Below, one piece after another: positions 53,336 through 62,395 of a stretch of 64,000 nucleotides of DNA; the stretch's first letter is position 1; every line of letters starts with the position of its first letter. The notes below the pieces were generated by a model, which saw only the letters and a program-made list of their open reading frames with translations, made no database searches and was not told the origin of the DNA. The translations under genes and the position numbers were made by a program. Origin of the DNA: Pelagomonas calceolata (taxonomy: Eukaryota); the NCBI GenBank assembly GCA_918797485.1, contig CAKKNE010000005.1:3410001-3474000 (forward strand), read 5' to 3'.

Positions 53336-54205
53336 ATGCGCCGCGCCGCTGCACGCACTGCGCGGTGCTGCCGCGTGCGTCCCGCACCCACGGGAGCAAT
53401 CGCAGCAATGCGCCGCGCGGCGTCAACGACAACAATCGCGCGCCCGCGCCGCCTCCGGTCGCCGCTGCCGCCGCCGCCGCTACCGCAGATACAAAGGGAG
53501 GACCCGGGCCTCTACCGCGTGGCGACCGTCCCCAACGCCCTGTCGGCGCTGCGGATCGCGGCGGCGCCGGCCGTGGGCGCGCTGGTCTGGCACGGGCACC
53601 ACGACGCCGCGGCGCTCGCGGGCTGCGCGCTCTCGCTGACGGACTGGCTCGACGGCTACCTCGCGCAGAAGCTCGACCAAGAAACGATCCTCGGGAAGTT
53701 CCTGGACCCGCTCGGCGACAAGGCCCTGGTCTGTTGCGTGGGCGTGCCGCTGGCGCTGCGCGGCGAGCTGCCCCTGGCGCTGGTCGCGCTCGTCGTCGCG
53801 CGGGACGTTGGTTTAGTGTTTGGCACGCGGCAAGCGTTACGAAAAGCACGGTCCACGACGACCTACGACCCGCGCTTCTTCCTGTTTGGGGGCATGGACC
53901 CGCGCGCCATCGGCCTCGACGCGGCGCCGTCGTTGATATCGAAGCTCAACACGGGGCTGCAGTTCGTGCTCGGGGGCGTCGTGCTCGCGCGCGGCGGCGA
54001 CGTCGTCTCCAGTTACTTGCCGGCGGTCCTCGCCGCCGACGCGACGGTCGACGCGCTGTGCGGCGGCGTGGTCTGCACGACGCTGCTCTCGGGCGCGGAC
54101 TACTTCTTCAACAAGCGCGGCGTCGTGGCGAACCGCGCGCCGCCGCCGCGGCCCGCGCGGCGCCGCGACCGGGTCCGGTCGAAGCCGCGGCGCTACCGGC
54201 GCTGA
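53336..54205 (+). CDS. CDP-alcohol phosphatidyltransferase, cardiolipin synthase-like
   Basis: TVPNALSALRI, TDWLDGYLAQK...GKFLDPLGDK, PSLISKLNTGLQ; Arg-rich presequence. Confidence 0.88.
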   Translation: MRRAAARTARCCRVRPAPTGAIAAMRRAASTTTIARPRRLRSPLPPPPLPQIQREDPGLYRVATVPNALSALRIAAAPAVGALVWHGHHDAAALAGCALSLTDWLDGYLAQKLDQETILGKFLDPLGDKALVCCVGVPLALRGELPLALVALVVARDVGLVFGTRQALRKARSTTTYDPRFFLFGGMDPRAIGLDAAPSLISKLNTGLQFVLGGVVLARGGDVVSSYLPAVLAADATVDALCGGVVCTTLLSGADYFFNKRGVVANRAPPPRPARRRDRVRSKPRRYRR

Positions 54206-54307
54206 CCTGTTTTTGTGTTGTGCTTTTGCTTGGAGCTAGGCCGCCTAGCCACCAAGCCGACGGCCCCGTACACCGTGTTGTCCTCGTAATCATCGTCGTT
54301 CGGAACA

Positions 54308-54952
54308 TCAACTTAGGTCCAGGTCCCCCCCGAGCAGCGAGTCGTCCACGATGATGGGCTGCGCGTCGTCCAAGTCGCCGTACGAGGCGACGGGCTCCCC
54401 GCTCGCCGTCCCCGTGCCGGGGTAGGGGTCGACCTCGAGCGACAGCGTCTGCACGACAATTTCCCCAAGATCGACCATGCCGTCGGTCGTCTCGACGACG
54501 TCCCGGTCGTCGTCGTCGATGTCGCTCTCGCCGTCCGAGACGACGACCCAGAAGTCGATCGGCGCCGTCACGTCGGACACGACCAGGTCGCCCGTCGCCG
54601 CCGTGACGCTCTTCTGCGCGACGGTCGCCGAGAGCTCGCCCCGCAGCGTGACGTCGCCGCCGCGGCCGCTCCGCTCGACGGCCACGGACGCCTCCAGCGA
54701 CCGCAGCTCCTCGACGCCGATGCGCAGCGCGATCGCCGCGCGCTCGCCCGCCTCGGCGCTGACGGCGTGCGAGTCGCGCCGCGAGAAGACGTCGATCGGC
54801 CGCGACAGCTCTAGTGGCGGCGGCTTGAAAGGCGCGGCCTTGGTTTTTTTCTTGCTTTTTGCGGCGCAGGTCACAGCTGAGCAGCGCCTCGGCCGCGGCG
54901 CGACGAGCGCGCAGGCTGGCAGCAGCATGCAGCATGTGAGTACGCGGCGCAT
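54308..54952 (-). CDS. DUF177/YceD family protein (probably plastid)
   Basis: ERAAIALR, LRGELSATVAQ, VDLGEIVVQTLSLEVDPYP. Confidence 0.8.
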   Translation of the reverse strand: MRRVLTCCMLLPACALVAPRPRRCSAVTCAAKSKKKTKAAPFKPPPLELSRPIDVFSRRDSHAVSAEAGERAAIALRIGVEELRSLEASVAVERSGRGGDVTLRGELSATVAQKSVTAATGDLVVSDVTAPIDFWVVVSDGESDIDDDDRDVVETTDGMVDLGEIVVQTLSLEVDPYPGTGTASGEPVASYGDLDDAQPIIVDDSLLGGDLDLS

Positions 54953-55066
54953 TTGTGCGTGAATTGTGGCTGCGCTGGTTGAGACGGCAAAATTCGCAGC
55001 GATGCGGCCTTTTTTGATGTGACAAAGCAACTTATGCGCGTATGCGCGTATGCAAGGCAGTGCTTG

Positions 55067-55087
55067 CTAGTGTCTTACCGCCGCTAG
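55067..55087 (+). promoter_or_regulatory. Upstream element copy 9 (ctagtgtcttaccgccgctag)
   Basis: Divergent DUF177/ATP11 spacer. Confidence 0.7.
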
Positions 55088-55229
55088 CCAGACCTGCAAA
55101 CCACGCCACACGCGCTCTCGGGGCTAGAGAACTTGGCAGACTGCGAGCGGTAGTCTCAACAGTCCATAAGCACGCGACGCGGCATCGCTTCGCGCTGTCA
55201 GACCCGCAGCTGAACCGTACAGAGCAAGG

Positions 55230-55799
55230 ATGATCAGCCGCGCCGGCCACGCCTCGCACGTCGCGCGGAAGCTGGGGGACATCGTGAAGCTGCCTCTTTT
55301 ACGGAAGGAGCAGGCGCCGCGGATCAAGGAGATCTGGGCCGAGTACCACTCGAACCGAGCGGACGCCGTCGCGCGAACATTAGAGGAGACGCAAGCTACA
55401 TTATTAGTGGATCGCGCCCAGGCGGCGCCGCTGCAGCTCCACCCGGTAAGAAGAGGAGAGGGCCACTTTCTATTGCTGTCGCAGTTTCAGCACCGGAAGC
55501 ACTTCCTGTTCACGTTTCTCGAGGACTACAAGAAGAACCCCGCGCTCGCGCGGCCGTGGCTCACGATGACCCTGCACGACGACCTCGCGAAGGATCGGGG
55601 GTTGGTATTGGTGCGCGGCGACGTCGAGAAAGAACTTGCCAAAAACGAGGCGGAGTTTTTGATTGATCAATGTGTACAGAGCTACTGCGTGTTGTCGCGC
55701 TTCTCGGCGCCGTCGGGGCCGCTGACCTTCAACCAGGAGCCCAAGAAATTTGATTTGGACGGCATGATGCGGGGCTACCCCGTCATGCGGCCAGCGTAA
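55230..55799 (+). CDS. ATP11: Mitochondrial F1-ATPase assembly factor 1
   Basis: KLGDIVKL...IKEIWAEYH, FTFLEDYK, DLAKDRGLVLVRGDV, FNQEPKKFD. Confidence 0.88.
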   Translation: MISRAGHASHVARKLGDIVKLPLLRKEQAPRIKEIWAEYHSNRADAVARTLEETQATLLVDRAQAAPLQLHPVRRGEGHFLLLSQFQHRKHFLFTFLEDYKKNPALARPWLTMTLHDDLAKDRGLVLVRGDVEKELAKNEAEFLIDQCVQSYCVLSRFSAPSGPLTFNQEPKKFDLDGMMRGYPVMRPA

Positions 55800-55928
55800 T
55801 CCTAATCTTGTCTTTATCGTAATCCTGAATCACCGGCGATTCGCCGCGTCGACCTCCACGCCATCGACGCGAAACCTGCTCGATGGCGTGGCGAACAAAT
55901 AGGTAACGTATATTAGACAGATCTTCCC

Positions 55929-56504
55929 CTAGGCCTCGACGAGCTTCAGCGGCAGCTCGACCTTCACCTGCTTGTGGAGCTGTACCGTGACCGTGTAGTC
56001 GCCGAAGCCGTCCATCTTCGGGAGCGTGACCTTGGCGCTCGAGTCGAGGCCGAGGACCTGCTGGACGTCCTGGGCCGACACGGCCTCTACACCACCGTCC
56101 TCGCCCGCCGCGCGGCTGATACTTACGTCGCCCTTGGCCATGAGCTGCTGCGCTTGCGCAGCCGCCGCGTCGAACGCAGCGGCCTCGGCCGCGGCCCGCT
56201 CGGCGAGCTTGACCTCGAAGGCGGCAATCTGTTCCGCCGAGGCCGGCTCGCCGAGGCCCTGGGGCGCGAGGTAGTTGTTCGCGAAGCCGCGGTTCACCTT
56301 GAGCACGTCGCCGGCGACGCCGTGCGGCGGTGCGTCCTTCGTCAGGACGTACGGCACCTTGCCGCCCTCCGGGTACTTGGCGCGCATCTCCTTCGCCGTC
56401 TTCTTGTACTGCAGCACCGTCGTGGGCCGCTGCGGCGCCTGGCGCTGGAATCCGGCGACACCCGCAAGGCCGGCCAAACCGGCGGCGAGCGACAGCCTGA
56501 CCAT
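55929..56504 (-). CDS. rpl9: Plastid ribosomal protein bL9
   Basis: Signal peptide plus AG-F motif; GDVLKVNRGFANNYLAPQGLG; GDYTVTVQLHKQV. Confidence 0.88.
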   Translation of the reverse strand: MVRLSLAAGLAGLAGVAGFQRQAPQRPTTVLQYKKTAKEMRAKYPEGGKVPYVLTKDAPPHGVAGDVLKVNRGFANNYLAPQGLGEPASAEQIAAFEVKLAERAAAEAAAFDAAAAQAQQLMAKGDVSISRAAGEDGGVEAVSAQDVQQVLGLDSSAKVTLPKMDGFGDYTVTVQLHKQVKVELPLKLVEA

Positions 56505-56804
56505 GGTTGCTATTTGTACTGGCAACTTGGTGCAGGGATAGGTCAATTGGTGAGCTCTACGGTGCCCTTATTGCCTCGTCGACGCACTCAAGTGCAAGCA
56601 ATTCGTGCGGGGTTTTGCGGCTGCGCCAACGAGCCCTCAATGGCCTGTCAAGGCCACTTCAGTACAGATCCGAACCGCACACCCGACCAGCAGCACCGCC
56701 AGAGGCACCGCGCGGGCCGCCGCGACGCGCACCGCACACCCCGCTTCGAAGAAGCCCCACGCCGTCGACGCGACCCTTCACGATACTTCTTAGGCCCTAC
56801 CAAA

Positions 56805-57557
56805 CTACACGGTCTTCGGCCGCTTCCGTTTCGTAGTTGATGACCTAGATGACGACGAGCGCGGCTTCCTATAATAGGGAGGCACGCCGATGTAGTCCTT
56901 CAAATCCGGCCAGATATGTAATAACTGCGTCCGAATGAAGTCGACGTAGGGCCGGAAGATCTTGTCCAGTAACGAGTACATCTTGTAGAAGGCCACGCGA
57001 GCTTTGTACGGCATGTGCCGCTTGTAGTAGTACTGTACCACCTCAGCACCTTCACCAGCTTGGGTCTTCATAAATTTCCCAAAGGTCCGGTCCTGCTCCC
57101 AGCCCAAAAAGAAGCCGTAGTCGCCGTATTTGGCCTCGAGGACCTTGATCATTTTTGGGTAGTCACCAGCATATTTTTGTACTAAATGATCTACTTCACC
57201 TACTTTCTCGGGGTTGTGCTTCTCGTAGAATTTTGATAGGCGGTCTTTGGGCGTGGGCGTGAGGCCCATTCTGGCCGTGGAGGCTCCAATTGCCTTCGTG
57301 AGTCCGGTGCCGAGTAGGCCGCCGGCGTGGTCCACGATCCACAGCACGACCGGTAGGATAGCGGAGCCGAACAACAAAGCGAGAAACGCGACGTACTTCC
57401 ACTTGATGCCCTTGCTCTTCTTCGGGCCTCGCTGCTGGCGGGGCCCGGGCTCGTCGTCGTCGTCGCTCGACGAGTCGATGACCGGCGTCGGCTCGTCGGG
57501 CTGGCGCTTCGATTTCTTGTCGGCCATCTTCCGCCGGTGGAGCTCGGACTTGGGCAT
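56805..57557 (-). CDS. Single-TM protein with RL..FY..HNP.K....L..KY.G domain
   Basis: TM YVAFLALLFGSAILPVVLWI; RLSKFYEKHNPEKVGEVDHLVQKYAG...LEAKYG. Confidence 0.7.
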   Translation of the reverse strand: MPKSELHRRKMADKKSKRQPDEPTPVIDSSSDDDDEPGPRQQRGPKKSKGIKWKYVAFLALLFGSAILPVVLWIVDHAGGLLGTGLTKAIGASTARMGLTPTPKDRLSKFYEKHNPEKVGEVDHLVQKYAGDYPKMIKVLEAKYGDYGFFLGWEQDRTFGKFMKTQAGEGAEVVQYYYKRHMPYKARVAFYKMYSLLDKIFRPYVDFIRTQLLHIWPDLKDYIGVPPYYRKPRSSSSRSSTTKRKRPKTV

Positions 57558-58312
57558 CCTTGCGGTTGTAGTTGGCTGCTGGACTGCTACTTGGCTATGC
57601 GCGGCGATGGCGTGCCGCGCGCTAGTTTTTTGTTGTGTGCTGATAGATGCGCTAGTGAGCGACGAAGTGTGCAGCGCTGCTTGCAAAAGGGCGAGCGATG
57701 CGGCGTATATAGAGAGCGGCTGTCGAGGCTTGCATGATGTGCTGTCTCCGAGGGCCGCGTCCGTCGCCCGCTTGGTAGAGCTCTCCGGCGCGCCGCGTAG
57801 CCTTGGCTCACTCGCGAGAGGAGTCATCTCAGCCGCGAACTCGCTGTGTGCCATTGTGCTCTCCAATCGAGATGGGCCTGCTCGCGGCCGGAGATACGTC
57901 TCTCGGCCGGAACAGAGGCCATGCCCGCGCGGGATCAGGGCTGCAAACGCGAGGATGAAAAACGGCTGAAGGCTGTCGTACACACAGCACACGTCCTCCT
58001 TAGCGCTGCACAAAACAGCCCATTTGCACACCCCAGCGTCCGCAGCTCCACAGTCGTGCTCCAAATCACCGCTCGAGACGCTGGGTGCAGCACGAAAGCG
58101 CGCGGACGAACTGCTTTCATAGATCCACATATCGCCTCCTGGCAGCCACGCGCACGAATGCGCGACGGCGGACGCCGGCCATCGCCGCAGCGCCGGAGAG
58201 CCCGCTTCGAGCCGCCGAGCGCATCGCACACGACGAAACGCGACGAAACCGCGATGTAACACGCAGGTCTCGAAAAAACCACCGCGCCACCCTTGACAAA
58301 AACTAGGCCAAG

Positions 58313-60010
58313 ATGCGTTCGTTCGTCACCGCAATGGGCCTCGCCTTCTACAGGGGCGAGTGCCTGTTCATCCCCAAGGAGGGCACGAGGCGGCTCGCTC
58401 CGTTGAAAGCGGCGACTTTAGATCCAATCACGTCCCTCCAGCCGAAGGACCACCTCCAGGCCTTCGCGGATACGTGTGATGACGCCATCGCGGACAAGCG
58501 CCGCATCGACGAGGCCGTGGCGCTGTTCGACTACACCGCGACGTTACGCTACGACAACTCCAAGCCTGCGGACTACGCGGGCCAAGGTGCTGTTAAAAGA
58601 GGTCTCGGTCGCTTGCTCCACACGGAGGAGGCTGAATCGTGGAGGTGGGCCCACGTCGTGAACGACGACGACGGCGCGCGAGCGCGGCTGACCGCGACGC
58701 GTGCCGACGGCAAGGGCGACGCGCACCTAGATCTCGAAGCGACGTTGTTGGACGACGGCGCCATCTCTTCACTGAACGTCGTACCCGTAGACCAGGCCTC
58801 GAAGAAGTGGCTCGATCTGGTTATAGAGGGCAAAGAACCAGGCTTAGACGGAGGCCCGAAGTGGGAAACTTTTGATGGGCGCGTAAGGCAGCAGATCTGG
58901 CAGCGCACGGGCTTGTTCGACGAAGGCAACACCTTCATCAAAGATAAATTAGAACTCACGACGGGTCGCATCATATGTATTGTCGACAAGACTGTGTGGG
59001 GGCTCTACGAAGGTCAGATGAGGACGTGGGCTCAATCAGTAGATCTGGAGCTCGAACCGATCATCGCCCCGGGCAACGAGGACGAGAAGTCCATGGAGAA
59101 CATGCTGTTTTTGCTCGACGAATTAAAGCGCGTAGACCCTCTGAGAAGAGCAGAACCGGCGTTGGCCATCGGCGGCGGCGTCCTCACGGACACGGCGGGC
59201 TTCGCCTGCGCTCTCTGGCGACGGGGCGTCCCCTGGGCGCGTTTACCGACAACGCTGCTGGGCATGGTCGACGCATCAGTAGGTATCAAGGTCGCGGTGA
59301 ACTATCATCGGAAGAACGGCGTCGGGCACTTCTATTCCCCGATCCACACCTTCGTCGATGCGGCGTTCTTGCCTACTTTGGAGCGGGCCGACGTTATTTC
59401 GGCTTGTGGCGAAATCATGAAAGCTGCCTTGGTTCATGACGCTTCTCTGTTTGATCTGATGGAAACGCACGGTCGCCGATTAGTAGAGAGGAACTTCGTG
59501 GACGACGAGATTGCGGATGAGATCATTAAGAGAAGTGTAGATACGATGCTCGAGTGCATCGGGCCGGATTTGTGGGAAGAATCGCTACTGAGACCGATGG
59601 ACTTTGGGCATTCGTTTTCTCGTACGCTGGAGACGGACGAGCGCTTCAAGCTGCGCCATGGCGAGGCCGTGGCCATTGATTGCGTCATGAACTCGATGAT
59701 CGCGAACGTCCAGGGACACTTGTCCGACGCCGATGCGCAGAGAGTGCTAGATGTATACGCGAAAATTGGCCTACCCTGCTCGATCGAAGGCATCACGGCC
59801 GAAACGTATAAGAGGGCCGCGCGCGACATTACGGTGCATCGCGATGGCATCCTGAGAGCGCCCTTACCCGGAGGCATCGGTCACTGCGTTTATACGGACT
59901 CGATGCCGGACGGAGACATCGAAAGGGCCTTTGCTAAATTAGAGGCGTTCATCGACACGCACCCGGAGACGAAGTGGAACCTGGGCTGGTCCTTCGCGGC
60001 GCAATCGTAG
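58313..60010 (+). CDS. Sedoheptulose-7-phosphate cyclase (EEVS-like, DHQS superfamily) with N-terminal extension
   Basis: IGGGVLTDTAG, PTTLLGMVDASVGIKVAVN, KNGVG, GEIMKAAL, MLECIGPDLWE, RPMDFGHSFS, LRHGEAVAID. Confidence 0.85.
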   Translation: MRSFVTAMGLAFYRGECLFIPKEGTRRLAPLKAATLDPITSLQPKDHLQAFADTCDDAIADKRRIDEAVALFDYTATLRYDNSKPADYAGQGAVKRGLGRLLHTEEAESWRWAHVVNDDDGARARLTATRADGKGDAHLDLEATLLDDGAISSLNVVPVDQASKKWLDLVIEGKEPGLDGGPKWETFDGRVRQQIWQRTGLFDEGNTFIKDKLELTTGRIICIVDKTVWGLYEGQMRTWAQSVDLELEPIIAPGNEDEKSMENMLFLLDELKRVDPLRRAEPALAIGGGVLTDTAGFACALWRRGVPWARLPTTLLGMVDASVGIKVAVNYHRKNGVGHFYSPIHTFVDAAFLPTLERADVISACGEIMKAALVHDASLFDLMETHGRRLVERNFVDDEIADEIIKRSVDTMLECIGPDLWEESLLRPMDFGHSFSRTLETDERFKLRHGEAVAIDCVMNSMIANVQGHLSDADAQRVLDVYAKIGLPCSIEGITAETYKRAARDITVHRDGILRAPLPGGIGHCVYTDSMPDGDIERAFAKLEAFIDTHPETKWNLGWSFAAQS

Positions 60011-60174
60011 GCTATCTCCGTCGGCGACGCGCGAAATTAACCCCCGGCGCGGCCGGCCACATCGTCCCCTCATGTTTGCACAGTTCGGTCTAAGTATTGC
60101 CGATGTTAATATTATGGTCCTTCTGTCGCGTCGATGGCGTTATGGCGCCTGAATAGCTGTGGGACGGTCTCGGG

Positions 60175-60196
60175 CTAGCGGCATGTAAGACACTAC
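60175..60196 (-). promoter_or_regulatory. Upstream element copy 10 (gtagtgtcttacatgccgctag)
   Basis: 189 bp upstream of ATG 60385; differs from copy 8 at one base. Confidence 0.7.
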
Positions 60197-60384
60197 ATGT
60201 AGCAAGTCGGAGAGCATCAGTCTACAGCGGCTAGCTCGGCGAATAGATCGTCCTGAGACACCAGCGTCGCGGTACGCTGCGGTATTTAGCCGCACTTCGA
60301 CCTAGCCTAGCCAGCGCGCGCCGTAGCTACCCTTACATTGGTTTACCACAAGGCAACCACAAGGCCCAGCTCCTGAAACTCGCG

Positions 60385-61239
60385 ATGTCGGGCGCGTCCG
60401 ACGAGGGCTGGGTGCTGGTGGCGGCGCCGCAGCCCGCAGCTTCCGAAGCACGCAATGACGACGCGACCGTGGCGACCGCGGCGACGGCCGCGACCGTCCC
60501 GAGCCACGAGGAAGCCGTGGCGCGCGGTCAGATGATGGCCGCGACGGCATCCGCCGAGATACGTCCGTTCGACCGCCTCCCCGACGACGGGCTGGCGAAG
60601 GTGCTGGCCGTGCTGAAGCAGAGCGAGCACCGCCGCGTCGAGTCCGTCTGCCAGCGGTGGCGCCAGATCCGGCCGCGCGCGAGTACTGCGCGCGTCAAAT
60701 CCAGTGTGGAAGTCAAGTAGTAGTCGTCGATGGCGTGGAGGTCGACGCGATAATCCACACAGGTCAAGTCGCTTCGCTTCCGCGGCCGCACCGTGGCTAT
60801 CCTGGCGCGGCGCTTCGGGGAAGCAGAGGGCTACTACTCGACGCCATATGTTTTCAGCAACCTGGCCGACGAACGCATGTACTTTTTGGTTCTAGATGGC
60901 ACCGGCGACGACTTCGTCATCTCAGTCCCGCGCGACTACAACGGGACCCAATTCTTTCTGCGCATGAACCCGCACACGGGAGTCGCGGACCACCGAGGAT
61001 TGACGGAAGACCGCGCGCAAGCGACGCACTTCGAGGCCGTCGAGACGCTCTTCCGCGGCCAACGAGAGTACTACACGCTCCCGGACTTCTTCTACTTCCG
61101 CCTCAAGGCCACGCCCCCGAGCTTCCTTAAGGTCCACTGGCGGGAGCAGATCGGCGTCGTCCCCCAGGCGTGCGTCACGCAGCACCGGCGCGCGCGGTAC
61201 AACGAGGGGCACGCGTTCCAGATTTATGATCCACGTTGA
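60385..61239 (+). CDS. F-box-like protein; 2 exons (60385-60693, 60763-61239), 261 aa
   Basis: FDRLPDDGLAKVLAVL...VESVCQRWR; removing the introner joins two track ORFs in frame. Confidence 0.75.
60702..60762. mobile_element. Decayed introner of the same TIR family as 4481-4550; predicted intron 60694-60762
   Basis: Ends cagtgtggaagtcaa ... gataatccacacag; TSD gtcaaatc (60694-60701) and gtcaagtc (60763-60770). Confidence 0.85.
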
Positions 61240-61285
61240 TAAGTACGCCTATGTTACTCGTAGCCCCGATGTCGAGGCCTCAAAA

Positions 61286-62245
61286 TCACCGCGAGGGAGC
61301 CTTCGTGGTTCGCTTCTTCACCGCGGCCTTTTTCGTCGTCGTTTTTGAGGCGGCGACCCGTCGCGCCGAGGTCGTGGTCGCCGGTTTCGCCGCGGCCTTG
61401 CGCCGCGCCGGGGCGGACGTCGCCGCGGCGGCGCGCCGGCCGACGGCGGCGGTGCGCGGCCGCGACGCGGCCGCGGCGACGGCGGGCGCGGGCGGCGGCA
61501 TGGAGCGCTTCGCCGCGACCTTCCGCGTCGCTGCCTTGCGCGCCACGGGCGAGACGCCGCGCCGGGCGGACGGCGAGGCTTTTCGCGCCGGCGACGGCTT
61601 CCGCGCGGGCGACGCCTTCCGCCGCGCGACCTTTTTGGCGGCGCGGCGCGGCGGCGGCGGCGGCGACGGCGACTCGTCGGCGTCGTCGCCGATGAACGAC
61701 TCCTCGCCCGTCATGAGGCGCTCATATCTATCATCCTCGAGCGGCGACGCATCGTCGTCGGCGGCGCTCTCGTCTCCTTGTAAAGACCGCAGCAGGTCGC
61801 GCTGCTTCGCGCGGATCCGCTCGGACGCCTCGAGCGACGCCTGTAAGGACGAGTAGTCCTCTTGCAATGCGGCGTGGGCTTCCTTGAGCTCGGCGTAGCG
61901 GTCGTGGCGGCCCTTGGCCTTGTCGAGCTCGTGGCGCAGTCGCCGCACCTCGCAGGCCTGCTCGTCGCGCCGCCGCGTCATCTCGTCGAGGGCTCGTTGC
62001 AATCTCGCGAGGCGGCCCGCCGCCGAGCCGGCGCGCGGCGGCGGCGGCGGCGCGCGCTCCAGCAAAGCGATCGCGCGCTCCGTCGCCGACGGTTCGGTGG
62101 ATTTGATCGAGAGCTGCGCGGCATCTTCGTCCGGAGCCTGGAAGGGCTGGCGCTGCAGCTTCGAGCATAAAGAAGCGACGTCCTGTTGGAGCAGGCCGAG
62201 CTCCTCTTCCAGGCGGGCCCGGCGGCTGGTCGAGGAGGTTGCCAT
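61286..62245 (-). CDS. Coiled-coil protein with histone H1-like K/A/R/SP-rich tail
   Basis: Heptad-rich N-half; RKASPARKPSPARKASP...TTKKAAVKKR. Confidence 0.7.
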   Translation of the reverse strand: MATSSTSRRARLEEELGLLQQDVASLCSKLQRQPFQAPDEDAAQLSIKSTEPSATERAIALLERAPPPPPRAGSAAGRLARLQRALDEMTRRRDEQACEVRRLRHELDKAKGRHDRYAELKEAHAALQEDYSSLQASLEASERIRAKQRDLLRSLQGDESAADDDASPLEDDRYERLMTGEESFIGDDADESPSPPPPPRRAAKKVARRKASPARKPSPARKASPSARRGVSPVARKAATRKVAAKRSMPPPAPAVAAAASRPRTAAVGRRAAAATSAPARRKAAAKPATTTSARRVAASKTTTKKAAVKKRTTKAPSR

Positions 62246-62373
62246 GGTTGCAAATTAAACTCCGACCGGCTGGAGGCTGCTCCCACGGATTTTGGTCGCT
62301 GCCACGTACGAGTGGGGAGCACTCGAGTGTCTCTTCCCGGCTCGTTTTTGCCAAATCCGTTTTAACTTTTGGT

Positions 62374-62395
62374 TTAGCGGTCTGTAACACACTAG
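62374..62395 (-). promoter_or_regulatory. Upstream element copy 11 (ctagtgtgttacagaccgctaa), overlapping the SET gene stop codon
   Basis: 129 bp upstream of ATG 62245. Confidence 0.6.

Noticed and set aside
55033..55053. tatgcgcg tandem 8-mer
   Set aside because: Short microsatellite-like repeat with no further support.
57558..58262. N-terminal extension of the 485-aa track ORF
   Set aside because: It has a non-ATG start and spacer-like composition; ATG 57557 is the more plausible start.
14817..60010. A biosynthetic gene cluster linking the FAAL-PKS-C enzyme, hydroxylase, esterases, GT8 and cyclase
   Set aside because: The genes are spread over 45 kb among housekeeping genes; nothing in the sequence links them.
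58313..60010. Plain 3-dehydroquinate synthase (AroB)
   Set aside because: It lacks the typical R..LN.GHT.GHA.E motif and has LWE and DFGHSFS instead; not fully excluded without a phylogeny.
6299..62395. The CTAGTG...CGCTAG copies as a CRISPR array or integron-like cassette sites
   Set aside because: Spacing is irregular and kilobase-scale, orientation is mixed, the neighbours are core genes, and no Cas or integrase gene is present.
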